Program-made: the position numbers and the translations under genes
The notes under the pieces: generated by a model
Database searches by the model: none
What the model was told of the DNA's origin: nothing
Seen by the model: the letters and a program-made list of their open reading frames with translations, nothing else
Source: Bugula neritina
Taxonomy: Eukaryota > Animalia > Bryozoa
DNA: 64,000 nucleotides
Assembly: GCA_964035545.1 (NCBI GenBank)
Contig: OZ037773.1
Span: 7,159,751 to 7,223,750, forward strand
Direction: 5' to 3'
Shown: positions 26,301 through 39,862 of the stretch, piece by piece
Layout: each line of letters opens with the position of its first letter
Position numbering within the stretch: position 1 is the stretch's first letter

Positions 26301-29300
26301 TTGAAATGAACATGGATTCCATAACCTTATACTACTAGTACAGCGTGCTGCTGCTTCAAATGCTGTCAGCAGAAAGGCCCTTATAGTTTCTATAACCAGT
26401 ACATGAAATAGGAATCCTGTAATAGCTGATGAACATAAGCTATAATAGTGGGAGATGCAGTAACTGGGAGGATAACTCTCAGCACATGTGAAAGATTATA
26501 AACAGCATTCACTAATACTCCACTCTCTAGTTACAGTTTAATGTAAAACTTATTGATTATGTGGAGAGGTTGAGACTTTATTTACTGACAGCTTACAGCA
26601 CTTCCTGTTTGGTCTCCGGCCACAAGTATTGTATTCCAATAACGATCGTTTGGGATTATAATTTACACTATAGTGTTGTGATTATATATATACAGCAACA
26701 TCTGCTACCCTCTCTTACCATGGAATGCAGGAATCAAGTTTTAATAAACATATTTCACCTAACAAGTCTCAATCGCCTTGGCATTAGTACAATTCGTAAC
26801 TCGTGTAGTATTTAAAGGAAAGAATATACCTTACCCAGTGACCTCTTCACTGACTGTGTGTTCAACTTGCAGTCTAGCATTGACCTCTATGAACCATGGC
26901 CTGTTCTCCTGATCCACTAGAAACTCCACTGTACCAGCATTCTACAATAAGTTTATAGCAGACGTTAAACAGCAGACGAAAAAGAAGACAATTCTACCAA
27001 CAGCATACGTACTGTAGAACCTTGGATAGAGGTCACCAACAGATAAACTGTGAAGCGTTTATTATACTAGTGATGCAGAGTGAGAAAACCACAGCTAGGC
27101 CATAAAGATTTACATATCAATAGCAAGATGCAAGCTACTGCTGGTATGTTAGGAACATTAAGGTCAAGGTAGCAGTCTGCAGTATAAAGGTCACGTTTCT
27201 CAACATAAACAAGTAATTGGCTCAGGAAATCTATACCCTGGAACCTTCCAGCACTTTAGAGAAGCTTCAAAAGTTGAATAGAAAGAGATGAATACAAAAC
27301 ATGCAGGCTGATCGCAACACAAAAAGATCAGAAGATAATTTTTCAATTACAAGAATGAGTCAAGTTGAATAGCTGAAGACTGCATGTAGTTTACAACATG
27401 GCTGACTAGTCAGTCTCTACTTCACAGACGGGTCTACTTTAGAGAGAGGGAACAACTCTCAACGGCTGAGAACTACAACAGCTAATAAAGTGTACACGAG
27501 GAGGCTAGTCCTCGGCCAGCGTTAGTTGTGATGCACATAAAGATAGAAGTTTTGCTATTAGGTATGTATGCTCAGTTATCATAATCAATCTGATAATGCA
27601 TTTCAAATCAGCCAATCAACTTTCACGAGGCTTTAACTCAGGTGAATGGGAGTTTACCTGGTATCCTACAAACTTTGTCAGTTTGACAGCGTCATCAATA
27701 ATCTTCTGTCTGACAGCGGGGTCGAGAAATGCTGCCGGGGCAATCTCCACTACCTTCTGGTACCTTCTCTGAACAGAGCAGTCTCTTTCATACAGATGGA
27801 CAATGTCGCCAGTGGCATCACCTGTCACAGTTCAACAGAGATTAAACTGGTGAATATGTATGTACAGTCTGTGTGTAAGAGAAGATAACCCCTAGTAAAA
27901 CTGCGGGTTCTATACAACTACACAGTGTGTCACTATATTCTTCAACCAGTAATAGCATCAACACATCTTCAGTAAGTATAGTGTAAAGGTATATACACCT
28001 ATACCAGTGCTGAGCTAAAGAGCATACCAAATAGTATTGTTGCAAATACAGTTGTTATCACTGCAGTGGTAATAACTAATATGATCATAGAGATAGTTGC
28101 TAGAGCATGGAGTCAAAGGATTGCCATTATTTTACACGCCATAAGATTATTCCTTGCATATAGTTGACTATGTAATAGTTTTTAGGATAAATAAAAATGG
28201 AATAGTTACCATTAGCTATGATTGTTGATTTGTGCAATGACAGCAACTCAATCTATTTCATGTATAAACGTACCGAGAATTTGCACTTCTATATGCCGAG
28301 GTTTGACGAGGTACTTCTCAATAAAGAGAGCTCCGTTACCGAAGGAAGACAATGCCTCGGATGTGGCTCTTTCAAACTGCTCTCGTAAATCCTAGGCAGT
28401 AAATATAGAGATCTTATAATATGTACTATACAGTATACACGGTATATACGTAGTGTATATGTACTATACAGTATATACTATACAGTACACACGGTATATA
28501 TGTAGTGTGTATGTACTATACAGTATATATATATAAAATACAATTAACTGAAAACCAACATTTACTATAGAAAACATGAAAGTAATAATAAAGTTAATTT
28601 TTCCTGAACAAGAATTTGTGTAGAAATATTGAATTGTGATTCATTATTGATTTCATAAATACTGATTATTGCTATACTCAATATCTGGAGTGTGTAATAG
28701 GATGAAGTACTGGTAATCCAGTTGTATTTATAGTACAACTGGTATGTTGATTTCACGGAAAACAACATTGCCAGAAATATTTCATAAAAATTGTAGGAAA
28801 GCAAAAAATGTTGCCATAAACAGATAGCATGTAGCAGGATGCCTAAAGGTGGTGTACTAGGATACAGAGATGTGACACAGATCCTGGTGTGAAGTAGGGA
28901 TGTCTGGTATTGAGTTCACACCAGGACACCACACAAACTTCTACTCAATGCTCCATTTACTCACACATTACTAACTTTCACTTCACGCGGATACACTCTT
29001 TATATAAAGCTTTAGTTTAGTAGGTTGAATATTGGAGCTACTAATGCTACAGTCCAGTTGTTTGTAACATGCCATTAGATGCAGCCATTACTAGACAAAT
29101 AATCAATGCTTCACCTACCACTACACAGCATAAAGTAGAGGAAAATAGAAGAATTAAGATCTACTAATCACCAATTATTATCAATTACCATTATATTTAT
29201 ACATAGGACATTAGTTTGCCCTTTATGACTACAATATATAATCTGTTTTATACTGTTTCTCTAACAACAGCTGCCGCTAATACTAAAACTATTACTACTG

Positions 29301-32300
29301 CTGCCTAAGAACATTACTACTGCTGCCGATACTGTGACCATTGCTGCCGTTACCTCCTTATTATTCACAATTCTCATCCCTCTGCCTCCTCCCCCATACG
29401 CTGCTTTCAGTATAGCAGGATATCCGTACGTCTCACAAAACTGTAACGCCTCTTCCCATTGGGTGATGGGTCCGTCACTTCCCGGGACCACATCAACACC
29501 TAAAGCAGAAAATAGAGTTGTTATACAGTATAACAGAGCGGTAATAGGGTAGAATAGAGGGGTAATACAATATAATGAGGTGGTAAAAAGGTAAAACATA
29601 GTGGAAAACTTGCAATATTTGTCAAACCTGACAAAGCCTGCAGCTAACATGTATTTCTTGACTATTTTCTTAAATAAACTGAGAGCTAGGTTCATCACAA
29701 AGAATATTTTTACCAGTCAACTCAATGTAAATTGCACCAGACAGAAATACAGACACATCAGCATATTATACAGTGAACATGCACTTTACTATTAACCTTC
29801 AGTTGAAGGATATAATTTACTATCCAGGGGTAACCACAGGCATGCCTGAGACAGACAGAGTTGGAGTAATACAGCATATAATACTCTGTATACCTTTCCT
29901 ATAGGTGCTAGAGTTGGTATTACTAAGTAACACAGCATATATCACTCTGTATATCACATCAATAGGTGCTAGAGTTGGTATTACTAAGTAACACAGCATA
30001 TATTACTTTGTATATCACTTCTACAGGTGCTAGAGTTAGTATTACTCAGTTACACAGCATATAATACTCTGTATATCTATTCTATAGGTGCTAGAGTTAG
30101 TATTACTAAGTAACACAGCATATAATGTTCTGTGTATATTTTTTCTATAGGTGCTAGAGTTGCATTGAGTGTTGCACTGTATCTATTAGTAGTAACACTT
30201 ACTGAATACATCCCCTGCACCATGCAATGTACAGACATTAGTGTCACATGAAGCTTATTGTTGTTGTTATTGTGTCTCTATTCAAAACATCTACTTATAA
30301 CTTCAAGTAAATGGAGTATTATCTATTCCTAGTGTTTTGAGGAGATCTATATACATAGTACTCAAATTATATACATAGTACTTAGTAGGGCAGCTGTTCC
30401 ACAGGCTTATTTTCTCACACAGCCCTGTTCGGACACAGTCATTGGTCAACAAAATAACTCTAAACATAGTGAAGTTGCACACCCTTACTAACAGCAGAGG
30501 CTGCCAAATCAACTGAAGAATTAGATGAAATAACATAAAATGTTATATTCCAAGTAACTTTAGACTACTGTAACCATTGCAGAGTTAAGGTAGACTAATT
30601 TAACAGTAGTTAGGATGTCAGTCACCAGCTTAAATGCAGTCAACGTTCATTGACACTAAGTACTGTGTTGAACCTTCACCTGCACGCACTGGCATCGTGT
30701 GTAGTAGCCTACTGACACGTGACCGAGTTGCGACTATGTCTGGTAATTATTTACATTAAGATAAGGCATGCAGGTAGAAGCCACAGACGACCGACCGTAG
30801 GGGTGCAGACGACTGTTGTGGTGCAGACGACAGAGGCAGATGGTATTAGTATAAACACTGTCAACAGTGTATGCCTGGATATTGAGGGGAAAGCATGAAA
30901 TGACTGCACTATGTTCAGATATCTACCAGTGCATGATTTAATATAAGAATTAGAGACTGGTAACACAAGTTTGAAGATAGGAGAGATTTATGGGACTAGA
31001 GGTGTGACTATAACAACTCAGTGATTAATAAACGTCTAATAGAAGAAGGTAAAAATCACTGTGACTGACAGTGAGTCACTGTGACTGGGAGTGAGTCACT
31101 GTGACTGGTAGTGAGTCACTGTGACTAACAGTGAGTCACTGTGACTGGCAGTGATGACTGACAGTGACCAGTGAGTCACAGTGATTAGACTATAACTCAT
31201 TTTATAGCAAGCTAATTCAGCTAGTTCCTAAGTCAGAGCACAAATAACTAACATGTTAGATGAATGAACAAGCATGAACAACACCAACAAACACACTCAC
31301 GTACCGGCAGCAATAGCAGCTTCTCGGGCTAAAACCTTGTCTCCCATCCGCCGGACGGTCTCAGGTTTTGGGCCAATGAATTTTATGCCAGCATCGATGA
31401 CGGCTTGCGAAAACTCAGCATTCTCTGAGAGAAATCCATAGCCAGGGTGGATGGCATCAACATCGTACTCCTAACACGCAGATAACAATGTAGTTCTTAG
31501 GCTAAACTCCGCAACAATCCCAACATAGTTGTAAAATTGTAGATAAAAATCACTAATAGCCGAGAGAAATATGCTAAAGTTAGTTTTGTTTTGGTTAGCA
31601 AAATCTATTGCTGCAAATTGTCATTGTAACCCCCTCCCTCCTTCCCTCCCTCCCGCACACAAATGTGATGGCAATACGACAGCCATGATGGATTATGATG
31701 GAACCTGCATGATTTACTGTATACTGATGTAAGCTGTTAGCAGTATAATAGTGACATAATAAGTATTACATATCTCAGCTTATGCATGTGTGAGATAGTC
31801 TCTTAAAGTGGTCTACTCTACAGGTAAGGTCTGTATTTTGTGAATACAGAGATATGTGCAGACATGTCTGGAATATCACCAACTCCTGACCCATCAAATA
31901 GAGAGAGTTATCTCACTAGTGTTTAAGTATGTAGTGTTTTAATGAATAGAAAATACAACCATAGAACTACGTTAACACTACACATTTATAGTGTGTCAGC
32001 GTACCTTAGCTACATTAACAATTTCAGGAATATTCAGATATGCTGCAACTGGGGCCAATCCTTTTCCTATCAAATAAGATTCATCGGCCTTTAGCCTGTG
32101 AGTTGACTGTTTGTCTTCGTTAGAATAAACAGCAACAGTCCTTATCCCCATCTCCGTGGCACCTCGAAACACACGGATGGCAATTTCACCTGCAGTTGAG
32201 AGAGAGAGAGACTTATCATAAAGGGCGTCCATAAACATTTATATTGCATTGGCAATAAAACATGTGATATATCGCAGAGTCAATCAAAGTGAATAACATT

Positions 32301-32818
32301 TAGTGCAACATATTAAAAGGAATTTGCACTTTGGCATGTTGCTAAACTTTTGCAACTCAATGTTCAAATTTTCGAAATACAAAATGCAAAATAATTTTAA
32401 GCTCCTTTTTATATAAAAATAAGAATTTAAGCAATTTGAGAATACATTTGGATAGGCCTCTCTTGCTTACCTTTGAGTAAAAACTACTCAATAGCAGCAT
32501 TTGACAGCATCATTTAATATAAAACAATATTTGATACTAAAGAGCAAAATGTAATATCCATGTTTATACAGCTACAAATTTATAGAGATATCATATATTA
32601 GAATATATTTTATTTACAACATATTAACATTTTCAAGAAACATTTATTATCATCTAGAAGAAATTACCTCTGTTAGCCACCAGGAGTTTCTTGATAGGCT
32701 CGGCCTCGGAATGTTTTGGTTTGATTTCATGATAAGTACGGGACGTGCCAGTGACAGGCCGTCTGTATAGAGAGTTGATCGAGCTTTTCAGGCTAGTCTT
32801 AAAGCTGACCAGCCGCAT
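17306..32818 (-). CDS. PC: Pyruvate carboxylase, mitochondrial; 23 coding exons
   Basis: Basic/Ser-rich presequence [13 protein letters not shown].., then [76 protein letters not shown]-type/[28 protein letters not shown] and the biotinyl motif AMKME in the last exon (17306-17490); stop TAG at 17306-17308. Confidence 0.97.
17491..17990. repeat. 19-bp minisatellite (ATACAGAGTAAATATATAC)n filling the last PC intron
   Basis: About 26 visible units; source of spurious ORFs 17448-18034. Confidence 0.95.
20890..21107. repeat. 22-bp minisatellite (CACCTGTCTCAAGGTCAACACA)n, about 10 units, overlapping a PC exon end
   Basis: Visible array; the unit contains the exon end and donor (minus strand GAGACAG|GTG). 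Confidence 0.95.
21830..22555. repeat. About 20-bp minisatellite (TACAGTGTAAGTATAGTACA)n filling a PC intron
   Basis: Visible array; source of spurious ORFs 21814-22575. Confidence 0.95.
23043..23163. repeat. 13-bp minisatellite (GCAGAGAGAATAT)n, about 9 units, next to a PC donor
   Basis: Perfect tandem array. Confidence 0.95.
29860..30162. repeat. About 62-bp tandem repeat, about 5 units, in a PC intron
   Basis: Recurring ATAGGTGCTAGAGTT(G/A)GTATTACTAAGTAACACAGCATAT. Confidence 0.85.
31056..31185. repeat. 20-bp minisatellite (GTGAGTCACTGTGACTGRYA-like) in a PC intron
   Basis: Visible array with an internal near-palindrome AGTCACTGTGACT. Confidence 0.85.
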
Positions 32819-35557
32819 CTTTTATCTGTAGAAATGTCAAAGGTGTTGAGTGTCTAGTATTACAGCATGTTGTCACTGCAACTATGTAACACTGTGTGAC
32901 TGTGTTTCAACTGTGACAAAGTAGTGCGACAAATATGCAGTGAATCCTTATAAAAATTTGCAGACCACAAACAAATTGGCAAACATATGACAATTCTTCT
33001 CAGTGTCATTGTTTATCAGAGTGGGAAAGCTTGTTCACAATTTTTAGACATCAACTCATGTATTTTTGCAAAAAAATTGAAATATTGCAAGTCAGAGATC
33101 GTCATTGGTTAGAGAAGTAGGCACCCTAGCAAAAACATGTACTACTGCTACAATATAGAAATAAAAATAACTAATAGCAACATTGTTAGTAGCCCAAATC
33201 CTAAGGTTTTCATGGCCAAATGTTGACATCTACCATCACAGCTTTACATTTTTAAATTGAATACCCTAGTCAATGGTACTGTGTAAAGTTAATAGGTGCA
33301 ACAATATATTTTTGAAACTTTGTAAAAGAAATTTAACATAGACTCAATAAAAGTATCACTATTACTAAAATAAAAATTATATAATATAAACAAATTGAGA
33401 AAATCCACTTTTAAATGATTGAAGTGTTTCTTTCCAGTATACTTGGCTACAACTATAAGTATACTTGAGTTATATTTTCAGTTATAGCAAAAACTAAGCG
33501 TAGTGGTTACTGGGTTGGACAGTCACAGTGGGTGTGACTAGTAGTAATAGTACTAGCATGTCACTATCAAAATCCCAACAGTATACAAATCACGATCAGA
33601 ACACCTGATCAGGGTCATTGCAATTATCACTATGACTATGATAATGACTTCCTTAGGCTAATGCTAAGTCATATTTTACTCATACCCATAGCATTGATAA
33701 AGTTTAATACTGTAACTACGAGTATAACTGTGATTACTGTCATTACAGTTACACATTTCACATTTGATTACAGCCTCAGTCTGAGAGTGAGAATCTGATT
33801 CAGCGAGTAAAATTATTAGATAATAATAATTGTTATACTTAAAATGGTTCGCAATTACTATTAGTATTACCATTAGATGAAGCCTACACTCAGTCTCATA
33901 CTGATAGTGATACTCATACTGATAGTCATAGTGTAGGACTCTAGCCCTAGGAGTAGGAGTGCTAATTTTTAAAACTAAGTACAACAACTAATAACAATAA
34001 CGTAAATAGCATATTGTAATAGTAATACTAATCAAAATATTGCAGTAAAAATAAAAATGAAATAACATAATCATAATGATAATTATGACAGATATTGAGA
34101 TAAGACATAGCCATAACTTAATCATAACGCATAAGCATTAGCTTAGGCTTACTCTAACTCTTAGCCTCCAACTTTAGGCTTAGCTAATGTCATTGCTTAT
34201 AGTTATAACTCAAATAATATTTTGTTTACAGTGAAAAGGTAGTGATTAGTTCAAATCGTGACTGAGTTTACCAAAAACACGATGTTGGGCAGTGTTCCAA
34301 ATTTGTTTGAAAAAGACCTGGACTTTAGACTCTCATTCAAACATTTGGATACTCCAGAGATGTGTGCACACATGCGTGTCAATTAATTTTGATGGTAAGC
34401 TATTTTTATGCTTCGTGACGGTTAGCAGGCCTTCCGACTAATCAAGCAACACAGTATTTAGGCTTTTTATTGCAAACAAAACAATTATTGCCACAACATA
34501 GCTTTTATTGGTCTGTCAATGTTGACAAAACAAGTCGAGCACGTGCGATTACTGCCTGAATCTGCAGTAGTGGACGCTGAAGTTTGCGTGGGGAGGCAAC
34601 TTTTAAGTTACCGGAATCAAAAATTTATAATTCAACAATCGTTAAAAATTATGATTACATTTGATTTTGTAGAAAACTTATTTTCCTTGCAATTTTATTT
34701 ATATTCCTTGGTGCGCTTTTACTCAATTATAAAGTAGCTCACCATAAACCAGCAAGCCTGAGAAAGGGCAACTCCGATTCAGAAAACTGCTGCAGGCACA
34801 TGCAGTAGCATTCTCGGTCTTGCTTGCGGCAGCAACATAACCAGATGTTATACAACACACTGCCATGAGTTGTTGTGACACCCCAAAGGAGCTTGCTGAG
34901 CTCTCCGTTATTCAAATCACCTCAGGACCATTTTTCAGAACCACTAAATATTTTACAAGAATTGCTCCTAATCGACTAACACCTTCTTTTAGTTTCTGAT
35001 GTACTGGCAGTTCATAATAATAATGATAATTAAAAATTAGAATGAAATAAACGCTACATTTCATTTTGTAGTTTAATTACAACTTGCAATATAATGATAT
35101 GTACAAGATTAGGGTGAACATATATTCCTGAGAAAACTATTAGATGGTTCCATTTTTATTCATATTAACAGTTTCGTTTCTTAGCTTGACATGGTGTGAA
35201 AACTGAAATTCTTCAGAGATGCGACTTTCATATAAGAGAACCACCAGGAAAGTAAACTGGTGTCATCAACTGACATAGAACAACAAGTATAAAAAACAAT
35301 AGAGATTTCTGTAAGCTTTGTAAAAACAAAAGTTAACCATAAAGATAGATCACATGTAATCAATTACAGCAAGGAAGTCAACATGGCATTACACATAAGT
35401 TCTGTCTAGTCTAATTCTCTGCAAAAAGGCCATGAGCCAAGATTTTCCATTCCAGCCAACAGCACATAAACACAGTTTCATGGTGGCTGTATGAGTTTTG
35501 AAATTTTAACCGCACCGATTCACAAATAAAAGACCAAGAAGCGTTGCTTCCATAAAA

Positions 35558-35722
35558 CACCGAGGTCACAAATTGTTGCTGTCACATAATGCTGAGGTTA
35601 CAGATTGCTGTTGTCACATAATGCTGAGGTGACAGATTGTTGTTGTCACATAACACCGAGGTCACAGATTGTTGCTGTCACATAATGCTGAGATCACAGA
35701 TTTTTGCTGTCACAGAATGCGA
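35558..35722. repeat. 32-bp tandem repeat, about 5 units, in the JTB 3' UTR
   Basis: Recurring ACATAATGCTGAGGTCACAGATTGTTGCTGTC. Confidence 0.85.
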
Positions 35723-35750
35723 AGGTCTCAAACTCCACATTTAGCTATGG

Positions 35751-37348
35751 TCACACACCAGAAGCAATCTGTTTGTTCACTTTATCCAAAAGCTTCTGGT
35801 CCAAAGCACTTCTCCTCATGTGTACAAATATGAAAGAGATTATACCAGCTAGCAGCCATAGCGCCTCGTGTATCCAGAAACTTCTTTGTCTTATGTGTTT
35901 GGGCGGCTCACAGCTGGAATAGAAGACAACTCCCAGTACAAGTACAGCACTGGAAACCAGGCTAATTAAAAAGCAGAGTAACATTCATAAAGCACCGGCT
36001 ACCAAAAGTAGAGAAAATTGCAATTAGTAAATAGAGGAATTGACAAAACAAGTTCACCCATGTGTGGCAAAGCCTACCTCAACATAATAGTTTTACTGTC
36101 CGAACATCTAACCTCAGTTATGTACCCCGTCTCCGAACATGTGTGATTATTCTGCAATAAAGTCAATACAGAAAGACTAGTTAGTGTACACAACAGTTGG
36201 AATATTTTATGGCAAAATAGAAGACAACTCCTGGCTTGAAAACATTCTCGCATGAAAAGAAACAATGGTTTGTCATTGCTTGCAACTAACAAGTTTTACA
36301 AAAATACTGCCAAAATACTCAAAGCATTATAACGGAATAATTATAACTCAATACTAAAGAAAGCAATAATTTACATAAAATATAATTGAACAGTTTGTGT
36401 ATCAAAGGTGTAGATTAACGTCGTATTTTCAGATGAACAGGAAAAATATTACCTAAATATATGAAATTCGATGACCTAAAACTTTTTAATTTAAAGATGA
36501 GGAAAACGATTTTGTGCTAAACTTGTTGTACATAGTTTCTCCAAAACTTATTGTTAAGTAGCTGCCACTATCCACATGGTACTGCAACTACCTGCCTTAC
36601 TTTGTCACTACCTGCCTGGCACTGACACTACCTGCCTTACTCTGTCACAACTTGTCTGACACTGTCACTACCGTACTCTGTCACTACCTGCCAGACACTG
36701 TCACTACCGTACTCTGTCACTACCTGCCAGACACTGCCACTACCTGCCTGACTTGTCACTACCTGACTGACAGTACTACTGATAACTTACCTTGTGTTGG
36801 TCCCAGACTTTGCAGGCTTTACAAGGACTGTCTTTAGGTGGCCAGGTGGGACACTGACCAGGGCCTTGGTTGCTGGAGGCGGAATGTTCCAGAACACCTG
36901 CATGATGGATCATATACAATACTATTCGGCTGACATTGACAAATATTGTCAACAGTTATATGTGCTATTAAAAGTAGTTGCAATCTAACTTTGAATACAA
37001 AAGTATATATATTAACAAGTATGTAGAAGCCAGAGTGAATGAAAATCTACTGTACATAGCCGGCATTACACACACAGACCTTCTATAGCTTTGGGGTTCC
37101 CGCTTTTTATACTTCGGTTTTTTGGCTCATATTTTGTTTCTATGATAACGCTGATGATAGTGACTCTACAAGTATACAGTATAGAGACATACAGACACAC
37201 ACAGTATAGGGACATACAGACAGATACAATATAGGAACAGGCATACTTGTTACAGACACAATTAAAACTATTGATAAGCAAAGTAAACTTACATTCCCAA
37301 CACAATGATGGTGAAAACCATTCTCCTTACAGTGCAAACTTCAATCAT
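35751..37348 (-). CDS. JTB: Jumping translocation breakpoint protein (about 161 aa); exons 37293-37348, 37080-37165, 36791-36897, 36078-36151, 35751-35913
   Basis: N-terminal hydrophobic segment MIEVCTVRRMVFTIIVLGIVTIISVIIE; six-Cys ectodomain (C..CKAC..CSETGYITEVRC..SC); FWIHE plus TM helix; tail RRSALDQKLLDKVNKQIASGV, resembling human RQLDRKALEKVRKQIESI as recalled. Confidence 0.9.
36560..36780. repeat. Degenerate (TGTCACTACCTGCC)-based minisatellite next to a JTB donor
   Basis: Visible array directly after the donor at 36790. Confidence 0.8.
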
Positions 37349-37799
37349 TATTCAACCAAAAAATGGCGGCCAGATATCCCTGGTGAAGTATGTAAACTTG
37401 CCCTATTAAGGTCTGCAAAAAATATATTGATATAAGCTATCACCTGGCAGTCTTTCTATGGATAATGAAAAAAAAACTTGAGTTAAAAAAGAATGAATAC
37501 AATACTTAAAGACTAAGTAATAAATCACATTCCAATACTTGAAATCTCTTTATTTGAGTTACTTATTCAATTTGATTAGTATTAGTATTAAACTAATAGT
37601 AAGACTAATATCGCAAGTATATCAATACAAAATAAAATAGCAGTTACAAAAACAGTATAACTTTAAGTATAAACTATAAGTATAAAATAATAACTAACGT
37701 ATTCCTATAAGTATAAGTATAACTTTAGTCTCTACAATACTCTATTACTATTAGTATTAGTATTACATTTAGTTTTACAATAAATGGATTACACTAAGT

Positions 37800-38650
37800 C
37801 AAACCACTAATGTTATTTTACTAGTGAATACTTACTTACTTCGATACTTCGACTTTAGCACACGCTAGATCACCATAAGGCGCAAGAGGCGTGCCTCAGC
37901 AGCTTGTTACAATACATTTGACATAGAATTATAACTGTATTTGCATACATTATGCATTTTAAAATGCTCAAACGTTAATACAGTAATATTAATATTATAG
38001 TAATACTTATACTAATATTAAGAGTAGCACATATAGTAATAGACTAATACTAATAGTACTTAGAGTTAGTAGTAGTGAAACTCAAACTGAAACTGAAACT
38101 CGAAGTGAATAGCCGGATGTCAATAATTTAATATCAAATGAGGCTAACAAGTGAATTAAAATATGAAAATAAATTAAAACTTACATTTCAACTAAGCTGA
38201 CTTTAAAGTTTAATGACTAGTTGACAACGTCAATCACTCACTCCAATGTGCATGAGTCACACGCACAAGATTCATTACGATTATTCAATAACTTCGTGTT
38301 GGTTTTGCCAGAGTGGCTATTATTTGGAAAGTGCTGAAGTGGCTTTGCTATAGCAGTTTTAATTATAGCTCCAGTTGTTATAGCAAGAAGTCCGAGCAAT
38401 CGGAAGTTGAATCAAATGTTCCTTACGTCTTATTGCTAGTAGCTTTTAGGTTTTTAACTAACTGAAAAGAGTAACTATTAACCTTGAACTTGATCTCCCT
38501 ATTGCGCAAGCGTTGTTCTTCCTCGTTGCCACAGTGATGTTAGTAAAGTTTTCATCTGATCTAGTTATTCTATATGGTATAATGGTAGTATTTTGTTGGT
38601 AAATATAAAACTAATGTAAGTAAATGTTTATCTGTTTAGTTTAAAAGGTG
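37800..38650. promoter_or_regulatory. Probable bidirectional promoter region between JTB (-) and SPATA6 (+)
   Basis: Head-to-head genes; outward-facing GTAAGT donors (minus strand near 37830 and 38180, plus strand near 38616); ETS-like CGGAAGT at 38401. Start sites not determinable. Confidence 0.4.
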
Positions 38651-39862
38651 AGCAAAATTATTGTGACTGATTTATGCGCATTGCTGATTGTCACAAGTGT
38701 ACTGGACAGTCAATAATCGATGAATATTTTAAAATAACTTCCATCAGTATCACTATCACAGTTGTTAGTTGATATTATTAAATTTAAAGTTAATAAAATA
38801 TCATTATTATTAATCATAATCATAATGTTAAAGTTAAACTCAGAGTTTAAGTAGAGCTGGCGGTAGCTTTAACTTTAAGTAGTTTAGTGTTATTATAAAT
38901 ATTATATTTTATATAATATTAAGAAGTGTTACTGTTAATGTTTGTATCAACTTCAAGTGAACGTAATACTAATAGTAATAGTAAAGTAAAAATCTCAGTA
39001 TGAAAATCAGTATGACTATGACTACCACTGCGAAACTGGTAATTACTATCAGTCTGGTTATGCTATGAACACCAATATTTTTATTTAAAATATAAATATA
39101 TTATCAAACGAGCTATTAGAAAGTCAAAGGACAATAAAATTGAATTTAGCATTTAATAAATATAATATTGCTTTGATATTATCGTTAATCAATGTTATCA
39201 TTATCAAGATCTGTGCTAACATAGGTACTCATATTAAGAGTTGCATTGATATTAGTGAAATCGTTGCTTGCATGACTTTGAGTTCCAATGTGGATATCTA
39301 AACATAAATTGGATGCCATTATTACAACCATATGTGGTGAAATCTATTACTCCATAATCACCACTATGTACTGCAACTGTCAAACAGCTATAGTCAGTAA
39401 TTCTAATAATTTAGTATGATTAGCTTTATTGTTTAACTTGAGTAGGTAAGGTGTTGCACTATAAGTATAATTTAATTTTGTAGGTTTAAACAAAATAAAC
39501 ATTTGAAAAATAAGCACCAGTTTGAATTTGATCAATAGTCAGTAAAAATGATAACCGTGCTTTCAGTCCTCATATTTTTTTGTTATAAGTTTGCTAACTC
39601 TATCTGTAATTCATAAATTAGATAAATAATCAACTAAGCTACTGGGTAGTGTTAGAATTTCTACCATCTAGCTGTAGTTTGGTAATTAAAATATTTTACA
39701 AGATGTACTAGATAGAAAATATATTTTGGGTTCCTAATTTTGTTGTTGGTTGCCTTCTTAGATAAGTAGCAAGAAAATATTACTACATGCTGTTACAAAC
39801 ATGGGAGTTATCATCTCACTGTTTTGTCATATAAGTCTGTGTATTGTCTCAGTAGAAAGAAG

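Noticed and set aside
29860-30162. CRISPR-like repeat-spacer appearance
   Set aside because: The apparent spacers are homologous to each other; eukaryotic intron; no cas genes.
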